A stretch of DNA of 64,000 nucleotides, taken from the NCBI GenBank assembly GCA_036147595.1, contig JAYYIG010000038.1, positions 7,734 through 71,733 on the forward strand, in the 5' to 3' direction. The stretch's first letter is position 1; each line of letters begins with the position of its first letter. This DNA comes from Verrucomicrobiota bacterium. GTDB taxonomy: Bacteria > Verrucomicrobiota > Verrucomicrobiia > Opitutales > Seribacteraceae. Of this stretch, positions 1 to 8,258 are shown piece by piece. Position numbers and translations under genes: made by a program. The notes under the pieces are model-generated. The model was not told where the DNA came from and ran no database searches. It saw nothing but the letters and a program-made list of their open reading frames with translations.

Positions 1-682
1 CAGTGAGTTTTCCTTGAGGCAGCTCAACAGAAAAACCTTTTGCCACGGGTGGTACAATAGCCCGTAATTTCCCACTTTTCAAAATCCCTTCATTAGTGCC
101 CTTTATTTCAAATTCGACTGGTCCTTCAAGAATGACTGTAGAACCGCGTATAAATTCCAGTTGAACCAAACCTTCATCAACTCCCAAAATACATTTCTCG
201 AGAGTCTGTCCAAGCTTTGGTCTATGTTTAGTATCTTTTGCCCAACTTAATCCAACCGAATTCGTCAAAACTGCGAAAACTGTGCTTTCAGCCGTAGAGG
301 CATAGTCAGACGCCTCACCTAATCTTTCACTGGCAATTTGCTTAGATCCGTCATTAGTTGGGCTTGAGTCTTCAAAATTAAAAAGAGTTATAACTAAGAC
401 AAGCAAGGCGGCGATTGCCAAAATAGGACGAGAAAAACGAATTAAATTCTTCTGTTCAACTTCCTCACACTCGTCTGTATTATCCTCATCAGTAACGATT
501 TCCTCAGCATAATGAGAAAGGCTTGATGACATATCCATAAATGACACATATCTCTGCCTTACGACCTCAGAACTGAGTATCCAATCTTCGAGTCTTTTGA
601 ATTTTGCAGGTGGAAGGTTATTTTCCACCAAGCCATTCAGCAATTCATGAAGTTCGATAATTTCTTGGTCTGTAAGATTCAT
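1..682 (-). CDS. FecR-domain anti-sigma factor (C-terminal part runs off the window start)
   Basis: Not in the ORF track; translated by hand from the ATG at 682, which overlaps the sigma stop (ATGA). Reads MNLTDQEIIELHELLNGLVENNL..., then a TM segment (ILAIAALLVLVITLF), then a FecR-like region (EGLVQLEFIRGSTVILEGPVEFEI...GKLRAIVPPVAKGFSVELPQG). Confidence 0.85.
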   Translation of the reverse strand, partial: MNLTDQEIIELHELLNGLVENNLPPAKFKRLEDWILSSEVVRQRYVSFMDMSSSLSHYAEEIVTDEDNTDECEEVEQKNLIRFSRPILAIAALLVLVITLFNFEDSSPTNDGSKQIASERLGEASDYASTAESTVFAVLTNSVGLSWAKDTKHRPKLGQTLEKCILGVDEGLVQLEFIRGSTVILEGPVEFEIKGTNEGILKSGKLRAIVPPVAKGFSVELPQGKLT

Positions 683-1212
683 CTGGCGTGTTCTGCAGTG
701 ATTTCAAAACTTACGCAATCGAAGAGAACTTTACGAATTCGATTTAACGCCTTGTATGCGCCCTGAACGGTTCTACCACAAGCCTGTGCAGCAGCAGAAA
801 CATTTTTACCTGACTCATAACGAGTAAGAACCATTCTTCTGTCACGGTCATTTAATTTCTGCAGGCAACGGGAAAGTGCTTCATGCCGAAAATCCAGCTC
901 ATCTTCCATTTGCAGTCTGGTTTGAGAAATAACATCCAGCACTTCCTGATTAAATACAACCTTGGATGTAGCATATTTTTTACGAGCCGCACGCACCTTC
1001 CAATAAGCAATTTGACATGCCCATGAATAGAAGTTGGTTCCAAGTTCAAATTCATTGAACTTTTCGCAAATTGTAAGACTTGTTTCCTGCAAAATGTCCT
1101 CTGCGTCACTTCTTGAAGGTACGAGCGTGTGGATATATGCAAATATGCGCCTTTGATACTTCATCATGAGTTGTAGCAACTCAGTTGAACGATCTTTAGA
1201 AGGATCTGACAC
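679..1212 (-). CDS. ECF sigma-70 factor, Rhodopirellula/Verrucomicrobium family
   Basis: Region 2 (YQRRIFAYIHTLVP..DAEDILQET..FYSWACQIAYWKV) and region 4 (ALSRCLQKL..RDRRMVLTRY..YKALNRIRKVLFDCV). The likely start is GTG at 1212, just after the upstream stop; the ORF-track start at 1311 overlaps the upstream gene. Confidence 0.92.
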   Translation of the reverse strand: MSDPSKDRSTELLQLMMKYQRRIFAYIHTLVPSRSDAEDILQETSLTICEKFNEFELGTNFYSWACQIAYWKVRAARKKYATSKVVFNQEVLDVISQTRLQMEDELDFRHEALSRCLQKLNDRDRRMVLTRYESGKNVSAAAQACGRTVQGAYKALNRIRKVLFDCVSFEITAEHAR

Positions 1213-1213
1213 C

Positions 1214-1885
1214 TTATGCAGCCTTTTTTGAAAGCGGTTTTTTTTCTTTCTTGCCGACTGAAGTACCAACAAATTTCTCGAATTTATCAAGTCCACGCCT
1301 AGCAACTTCACGTAAAGCCTTTTCTAAACTTTTCGAGGATAGTTTAACTGAAGTTGTTTTGGTACGTTTTCCGTTTCTTGAAACGGGCTCCGTCATTTTG
1401 TAATAAATCGTGCCAGTGGGTGTTTGAGAAAGTCTGGAGGTAAGTTGGATATTTTCCTTCTTCCTGCGTTTAATGCGACGAAGGCTATTATTATGATTGC
1501 TCTCAGATTCTGGATCTTCTTCGCACAAATCACCATCGGATTCAAAAATCACTCTCTGAATGGTATCATCATCAAGATACTTATTCCCAAGGTCGTTACA
1601 TGCGAAGTCTTCATCGTAAGAGACTTCGTTAAAAGGATCATCCACAGTCATAACTTTATGAGCAGAACCCAAAACGCCCTTAAATTCTTTTTGGAACCAT
1701 TCGACAGCTTTTTCTACACCTTTTCGCCTACTGTTCCCATACATAGCCACATTTGCTATAAAACAACGACTTGGATCTAACCGAGCCTCCAAAAGATACT
1801 TTGTCTCATAAATTAAACTGAAGTAATCCTCGTAAGGAATCTTAAGGGTAACTTCATATTTTTGGAAATCATTGACTTTCATCAT
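1214..1885 (-). CDS. Hypothetical protein with an acidic middle and a basic C-terminal region resembling a beta-sheet DNA-binding domain
   Basis: 223-aa ORF with a strong SD (AAGGAG) upstream; its stop is 1 nt from the sigma start. Confidence 0.75.
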   Translation of the reverse strand: MMKVNDFQKYEVTLKIPYEDYFSLIYETKYLLEARLDPSRCFIANVAMYGNSRRKGVEKAVEWFQKEFKGVLGSAHKVMTVDDPFNEVSYDEDFACNDLGNKYLDDDTIQRVIFESDGDLCEEDPESESNHNNSLRRIKRRKKENIQLTSRLSQTPTGTIYYKMTEPVSRNGKRTKTTSVKLSSKSLEKALREVARRGLDKFEKFVGTSVGKKEKKPLSKKAA

Positions 1886-2019
1886 GGCTTTATCTCCTTT
1901 TAGGCGTTTGGACTGTTTTTGTAGTAAAGTATAATCTAATAGACGATCGAATTCACTTTTAGGACAAAAATGGACGAATTTTACTACAATACACCGAACA
2001 GATGTCGCATGTGGTAAGA

Positions 2020-3468
2020 TTACTGTTCTAACAATTCGGAAATTTCTGCCTTGATTCGAGAAGCAGTCTTCTCGGCAAATCCAACTTCCACATGACGAAT
2101 GATACCCTCTTGGTCGATAATCACTGTCTTTGGAATTCCTTGTACCTCGTAATCTCTTCCGATGCTTTGCTTACGATCCATCACTACGGTTAGTTCCTGT
2201 AATTTTTTTCTCTTCAAAAATTGAGAAATCACCTTACGGGATTCTCCTTGGTTAACAGCAAGAAAAATTACATCCTTCTCTTCAAAAGCTGATGTCTTTT
2301 CAATTAACTCAGGTAAGGCTCTGACACAGGGCCCACACCAAGTTGCCCAGAAGTCTAGCACAACTATTTTACCCTTCATATCAGAAAGTTTAAAAATGCT
2401 TTCATCCAGAAGAACGCTTTCAAATAGAGGAGCTTTTTTCCCAATTAGCGGATCCACCTTTAATTCCGTGGATTGCCCTCTGGATTTTCCAGACTGAGGA
2501 ATAATCTGCATACTTTCCAATTCATTCAAGTCTTCTTCCAGAATTTCAACCCGGACAAATACATTTTTTTCTGCAGCCTGAGTTTTAACCCTAGATAAAA
2601 TTGCAGGTGCCTGACCTCCTTCCTGAGCCATCGCTAATTGAGCCATGCCAAGTCCGCCCTGAGCAACCGTCCATAAGCCAAGAGCAGACTGGGTATCCTT
2701 ACAATTCACGCAAATCTCAAGACCTAAAGATTCTTCCCTGAAACTTACGGAAAGCCCGAATTCACGGATTCCTTTAACAGAATTAGCCAAACCAGCAAAA
2801 AGCGGATTTTGTTGCTGGGAATTAAATTCAGGTCTTTCCCATACCGATGGGTCTACCTTAAGGGCAAAAGTAATTTGTCGGTCTTTCGCCATTGCACTTA
2901 GGCAGGCGAGGGATGCATTGCTAAGCTCCATTTTACCCGGCAGTCCAACCTTGATTTTTGAGTAACCTCCATCCATGTTGATGGAACATTTTACATCAGA
3001 ATCTGAAAAGTCATCCCCCAGCAGCTCGACAGGGACAGTAATTGACGAGGAATTCCCTTTCTTCGTAATAGTTTTCTCCACCTTCATTCGATCTGCTTTC
3101 CCTTTTTCCTCCTCCAATTTGTCCAACATGAATGAAAACATCTTTTTTGCATCAATCTCACCTCTGACCTTTGCGGAAAAAACAAATTCAAAATCGGAAC
3201 CAAGCTTGGGCGACTTACCATCTCGTGAAGCTTTACTGATCCCATCAAAAGCCTCTACCGATACATTAATTTCCGAAAGATCTTCAAAATTGAGACCTGT
3301 CGCGTCTGCAAGCTCCTTCACTTCAGGATCCATGTTCTTGGGATCGGTAAGATTTTGGGAAACCTCTGGATACTTTTCAGATAGCATCTTGTAGAAACCA
3401 CTCTCTTTGATGGATTCTATTTGTACTTGAAAGAATAGGAGAAAGGAAAAAAGGAAATCTGCACTCAT
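2020..3468 (-). CDS. TlpA/redoxin-family thiol-disulfide oxidoreductase with a long N-terminal domain of unknown function
   Basis: C-terminal LDFWATWCGPC motif and YEVQGIPKTVIIDQEG (cis-Pro loop). Confidence 0.88.
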   Translation of the reverse strand: MSADFLFSFLLFFQVQIESIKESGFYKMLSEKYPEVSQNLTDPKNMDPEVKELADATGLNFEDLSEINVSVEAFDGISKASRDGKSPKLGSDFEFVFSAKVRGEIDAKKMFSFMLDKLEEEKGKADRMKVEKTITKKGNSSSITVPVELLGDDFSDSDVKCSINMDGGYSKIKVGLPGKMELSNASLACLSAMAKDRQITFALKVDPSVWERPEFNSQQQNPLFAGLANSVKGIREFGLSVSFREESLGLEICVNCKDTQSALGLWTVAQGGLGMAQLAMAQEGGQAPAILSRVKTQAAEKNVFVRVEILEEDLNELESMQIIPQSGKSRGQSTELKVDPLIGKKAPLFESVLLDESIFKLSDMKGKIVVLDFWATWCGPCVRALPELIEKTSAFEEKDVIFLAVNQGESRKVISQFLKRKKLQELTVVMDRKQSIGRDYEVQGIPKTVIIDQEGIIRHVEVGFAEKTASRIKAEISELLEQ

Positions 3469-3503
3469 TTTGATGTAAAATTAAGTTGGTTGTTTTAGTT
3501 CAA

Positions 3504-3938
3504 TCAGGAAAATTCGTATCTGTAAACATTAGTCTTTCTTAGCTCATAGCCCAAAGACTGGTAAAGTTTGTTAGCACTTTGCCGGCTTGGTCTCGAAGTT
3601 AAATCAATGCTTTTCACTCCTCGCTTTTTGGCTTGCTCAAAAGCATGATTCATTAATGCCCTACCCAATCCTTTGCCCCTTACAGTATGGTCCACTACTA
3701 CATCTTCAATCCAAGCCTTGTTGCCAGTAGGTAATTTTAAAATAATAAGGCTGAGCATTGCCAATATCCGACCATCTTCGCTGGTTCCGAGGTAAAGCAA
3801 TGTATTGTCTGAATCTGCTATTTCAGAAAGACGCTCCATGCTTAAACCTTTAGAATTTGAGGATAACTGAGGAAGCAATTTATTAATGGCATAGAGCGCT
3901 TCAACTGTACTTTGAGTGAGTTCTGAAATCTTAATCAT
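3504..3938 (-). CDS. GNAT-family N-acetyltransferase
   Basis: Motif A (IEDVVVDHTVRGKGLGRALM) and LTSRPSR..AN.LYQSLGY. Confidence 0.92.
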   Translation of the reverse strand: MIKISELTQSTVEALYAINKLLPQLSSNSKGLSMERLSEIADSDNTLLYLGTSEDGRILAMLSLIILKLPTGNKAWIEDVVVDHTVRGKGLGRALMNHAFEQAKKRGVKSIDLTSRPSRQSANKLYQSLGYELRKTNVYRYEFS

Positions 3939-4119
3939 TTTGTACCTTATATCAGGAGAAATAAAAATCCAATATCTGTCACCTTCTTTTCGATTAGGAT
4001 AAAAAGCGAGTTAGTAATAAGTTACAGGGAAATACTTGATCATATTTCCAAGATCATCTCAGCCCAATACTCACAAGATTCGATTTGCACTTACAATTTT
4101 TCAACTCATCCTCGAATTC

Positions 4120-6975
4120 ATGATCAGTAGCCATAAGAAAATCCTCATTTCTTGGTTTGCCACCCTTTACTTATTTTGTGCCCAAGTCATTTATTCAGAG
4201 AATTTCCCCTTCCCAGGAGAAAGACCACCAGATCCTGGATTCCATGCTTTTGTGGGTGGGGACATTCAAGTTACTCCGGATAGAAGAATCAAATCCGGCA
4301 TACTTCTTATTCGAGATGGAAAAATTGAAAAGGCGGGTAAAAGCTTTGAAATCCCATCTTATTATCGTGAATGGAATTGTAGCGGAAAAACAATCTATCC
4401 GGGATTAATCGATCCTTATCTCTTGTCAGGAAAAGAAGATTCTGCACTTCTTTCTCTTGGTCATGAACAAACGGTTTTGAATAATTCAAATCTTTCATTT
4501 TTTGGTCTTCCCAAAAATTCTGACCAAAATAGCGTTTCTAAATTTGGAATTTCTGGAGTGCATCCAGAAAGGAATTTAGTAGATTCAATGAACCTTAAAG
4601 AAAAGAGCTGGAAAGAGTTTCGAAAATATGGATTTACATCAGCTCATCTTGCCTCTAGCGAAGGAATCTTCCGTGGAACTGGCCCATGCATCCTGCTTCA
4701 TGATAATTCTGAACAAGAGAGAATTCTGAAAAATGAAGTTGCACAACTTATTGCCTTTGATCCAGTAGGTCGCGAGTCATCACCTTCCGTTTATCCAAAT
4801 TCCCTAATGGGGGTGCTTTCAGTCATTCGCCAAACATTCCTAAAGGTTCAACATGCACAAGAAACGCTTACTTTTGAAAAGAGAAATAAAGTCGGAAAAC
4901 CTCTCCATATTCACTCTGGCATGCAAAGCTTAATCAAAACCATAAGGCCAAAAAACAAAACATCCACTTGGTTTGAATCGGGAAGCATGCTGATGCACCG
5001 CAAAGCCATCGAAATTGCAACTGATTTCAATCTCAACAAAGTCGTGCTGATACTAACAGGTGACGAATGGAGGAGGCCTGATTTGGCAATCTCCAAACAT
5101 CACGATTGTATTCTTCCTCTAAACTTTGCTGCCATACCCAACCTTCCAAGAGATGATGACTGGGAACAAATCTCTCTCGATCAACTTAGAGCATGGAATA
5201 ACGCACCAGCTTTAGCCAATCTAGTTTTAAAAAAATCCAAGTCTTTTTCATTTACAACTTCCGGATGTAACCCAGGTGAATTCCATAAAAATATCCTTAA
5301 ATGTATTGCAAATGGACTGCCAGAAGAAGAAGCACTTGCTTCCTTGACCATTAATCCAGCCGAGTTGTGCGGAATATCGAATCTCGGCGGAACATTGGAA
5401 AATGGCAAACTGGCAAATTTTTTCATTGTGGAAGGATCTAACTATTTTGTTGATTCTCCTCAAATTCACTCCACTTGGATAAAAGGGATTCCTGATAAGT
5501 TTTCATTGCGGAAAGATTCTTTAAACCTACCGCAAATCTCTGCACCGAAAATGAACAGTCAGACGGTCGATCTCCAGAGAAAAGTAAAAGGTCCTGTCAA
5601 AGATCCGGTCCTGGTTCTTTTTCAAAACTTTCATCTATGGACCAGTGAAATGGAAGGTATCCTCCGCAATCATGACATCCTTGTTGAAAATGGCCAAATC
5701 AAGGCAATCGGCCAGAATCTCGCAGCAGAACTAACAAAAGGCGCAGAGATAATTAAAGGAAAAGGTAAACATTTAACGCCAGGGATTATCGATTGTCATA
5801 GCCATGCCATGATTCTTGGCGGAGTAAACGAATCCACTCTTCCATCGACTGCAATGGTAAGCATTTCCGATGTGATCAATTCTGAAAGCATCAATATTGA
5901 AAGACAACTCGCTGGAGGTGTAACAACATGCAACCTTCTTCACGGATCAGCCAACCCCATCGGGGGACAAAACGCGGTGATTAAACTTCGAATGGGAGCT
6001 TCGCCAGAAGAGCTTTTTTTTAAGGCTGCACCCGCAGGCATAAAATTTGCCCTTGGGGAAAATGTAAAGCAGGCCAATTGGGGAGACAAATACAAGACTC
6101 GATTTCCCCAGTCAAGAATGGGGGTAAAAGCCTTTTTTGAAAATCGGTTTAACGCTGCCCTCTCCTATCGGGATAAAAGAGAGAAATTGATTGGCGAAGG
6201 CAAACCTCATTTAAGAGACCTTGAGCTCGAGACCATTTTGGAAATCATAGAGGGCAAAAGATTGATTCACTGCCATTCTTACAGGCAAGATGAAATCCTT
6301 GTCTTTTTAAGAACCATGGAATCATTTGGCGTTCGAGTTGCCAGTCTCCAGCATGTTCTCGAGGGATACAAGGTAGCAGATGAAATTGCACGGCATGGCG
6401 CCGGCGCTTCCACTTTTTCTGATTGGTGGGCTTACAAATTTGAAGTCTATGATGCCATTCCATACGCTGGGGCAATGATGCACGAACGCGGCTGTGTCGT
6501 GAGCTTCAACTCTGATTCTCCAGATCATGCGAGGAGACTCAATCTTGAGGCTGCTAAAGCAGTAAAATATGGAAGCCTCTCAGAAGAAGATGCACTTAAA
6601 TTTGTTACCCTAAATCCTGCCATACAACTTGGTATTGATTCAAAGGTAGGATCTTTGAAAATAGGAAAGGATGCTGACTTTGCCATTTGGACTACAAGCC
6701 CCTTGGACTATCGTGCAGTTTGTGATCAAACTTGGATCGACGGCAAATTGTACCATGACATTAGGCATGCACGAAAAAGAGATCAACAACGCAAAGAGGA
6801 AAGAGAAAACCTGCTGGCAAAAGCCAAAAAGCAACTTGGAGAACCAAATAATAAGGAAGCAACGGAATCAGCTAAACAGAAGTTTTTCAGATTATCCCTT
6901 GAGGTTGCATGCGATTTGTATACTCATTCCTGCCGATCACATGACTGCCTAAAACAAGGAGGAAACTTGAAATGA
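4120..6975 (+). CDS. Secreted two-domain amidohydrolase-family protein
   Basis: Two amidohydrolase repeats: IYPGLIDPY..T.NPA..G.LENGKLANF and LTPGIIDCHSH..NSDS..TLNPA..GSLKIGKDADF. N-terminal signal-like segment. Start taken at ATG 4120 (ORF track starts at 4036). Confidence 0.88.
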   Translation: MISSHKKILISWFATLYLFCAQVIYSENFPFPGERPPDPGFHAFVGGDIQVTPDRRIKSGILLIRDGKIEKAGKSFEIPSYYREWNCSGKTIYPGLIDPYLLSGKEDSALLSLGHEQTVLNNSNLSFFGLPKNSDQNSVSKFGISGVHPERNLVDSMNLKEKSWKEFRKYGFTSAHLASSEGIFRGTGPCILLHDNSEQERILKNEVAQLIAFDPVGRESSPSVYPNSLMGVLSVIRQTFLKVQHAQETLTFEKRNKVGKPLHIHSGMQSLIKTIRPKNKTSTWFESGSMLMHRKAIEIATDFNLNKVVLILTGDEWRRPDLAISKHHDCILPLNFAAIPNLPRDDDWEQISLDQLRAWNNAPALANLVLKKSKSFSFTTSGCNPGEFHKNILKCIANGLPEEEALASLTINPAELCGISNLGGTLENGKLANFFIVEGSNYFVDSPQIHSTWIKGIPDKFSLRKDSLNLPQISAPKMNSQTVDLQRKVKGPVKDPVLVLFQNFHLWTSEMEGILRNHDILVENGQIKAIGQNLAAELTKGAEIIKGKGKHLTPGIIDCHSHAMILGGVNESTLPSTAMVSISDVINSESINIERQLAGGVTTCNLLHGSANPIGGQNAVIKLRMGASPEELFFKAAPAGIKFALGENVKQANWGDKYKTRFPQSRMGVKAFFENRFNAALSYRDKREKLIGEGKPHLRDLELETILEIIEGKRLIHCHSYRQDEILVFLRTMESFGVRVASLQHVLEGYKVADEIARHGAGASTFSDWWAYKFEVYDAIPYAGAMMHERGCVVSFNSDSPDHARRLNLEAAKAVKYGSLSEEDALKFVTLNPAIQLGIDSKVGSLKIGKDADFAIWTTSPLDYRAVCDQTWIDGKLYHDIRHARKRDQQRKEERENLLAKAKKQLGEPNNKEATESAKQKFFRLSLEVACDLYTHSCRSHDCLKQGGNLK

Positions 6976-8258
6976 TTTTAGCTCGACTCCTGATTTTCTT
7001 TCTTTTGTTGCAGAATTCAATCCTTGGACAAAATTTTGTTTTTCGAGCGAAAAAAATTCAGGCTGCTCCTACTCTGTCTTATCAACCGGGTGAACTGCTA
7101 GTTGAAGGATCTAAAATTATCCGTATTGGAAAATCCATAGAAAAACCAAAAGATTTCACATTAATAGATTGGAGCGAGTATGAAATATACCCTGGACTAA
7201 TCAGTGCAGGATCATCTCTTGGCTTGGCAGAAATCAACGCACTACGCCCAACCCGTGATGAGAGAGAAGTGGGTACGCATACACCTGAAATCGAGGCATG
7301 GACAGCCGTTAATCCAGACTCCGAACTGATTCCAGTTGCCCGCGCAAATGGAATTACACATTCACTGATCATTCCCATGGGTGGAACAATCTCAGGAACT
7401 TCCGCAGTCATTGCGTTAGATGGATGGGGGATTGAAGAGATGTCTATCAAACAAAAGGCGGCCATTCATATCTGGTGGCCAGGTCAAGGACTGTCTCTCC
7501 CAATTAGAGGGGAAAAAAGCAAATCGATTGATGAACAGGCAAAAAACAGGGTAAAAAGCGTAGATGAGTTGGATGAGTTCTTCAATCAGGCTGAAGCCTA
7601 TTCACGGTACAGAAAAACTTCCCTAAATAATAAGGGCGAATTTAATCCAAGTTGGGAAGCAATGATACCCGTTGTTTCCAAAAAGATGCCCTTAATTGTT
7701 CATGCAGATGAAAAAAGGCAGATTTTATCAGCCATGGATTGGGCGGAAAAAAGAAAATACAAAATAATCATTTCTGGCGGAAGAGACGCATGGAAAATTG
7801 CCGAAAGGATCGCATCCATGGAAATTCCAGTCATTTACCGGCATGTCTTCACCGCACCTACTCAAGTGAACCTTCCATTTGACATCCACTTTTCTGCTCC
7901 TAGAGTTCTTGCCGATGCAGGAGTGGAGCTTTCAATCGGGCTAAGACTCGGAGCATGGTCTGCAGCTAACCAACGTAATCTTCCGTATCATGCAGCACAC
8001 GCAATCCCACTCGGATTAAAGAGGCAATATGCACTGGCAGCCATTACTATCAATCCTGCAAGGCTTATGGGTCTAGAGCATAGACTGGGTACCCTGGAAG
8101 AAGGAAAGGAAGCCACTTTTATCGCATGTTCAGGAGACATATTTGATCTTCGAGCTTCCATTAAGCACATGAGAATTGCAGGTAAACAAGTAGACCTATC
8201 CAGTCGTCACACTCGATTATTCGAAAAGTACAAAAAAAGGCCGAAGAAAGCAAATTAA
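6972..8258 (+). CDS. Amidohydrolase-family protein, partner of the upstream gene
   Basis: IYPGLIS, TINPARLMG, GTLEEGKEATF; signal peptide; ATGA overlap with the upstream stop. Confidence 0.88.
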   Translation: MILARLLIFFLLLQNSILGQNFVFRAKKIQAAPTLSYQPGELLVEGSKIIRIGKSIEKPKDFTLIDWSEYEIYPGLISAGSSLGLAEINALRPTRDEREVGTHTPEIEAWTAVNPDSELIPVARANGITHSLIIPMGGTISGTSAVIALDGWGIEEMSIKQKAAIHIWWPGQGLSLPIRGEKSKSIDEQAKNRVKSVDELDEFFNQAEAYSRYRKTSLNNKGEFNPSWEAMIPVVSKKMPLIVHADEKRQILSAMDWAEKRKYKIIISGGRDAWKIAERIASMEIPVIYRHVFTAPTQVNLPFDIHFSAPRVLADAGVELSIGLRLGAWSAANQRNLPYHAAHAIPLGLKRQYALAAITINPARLMGLEHRLGTLEEGKEATFIACSGDIFDLRASIKHMRIAGKQVDLSSRHTRLFEKYKKRPKKAN

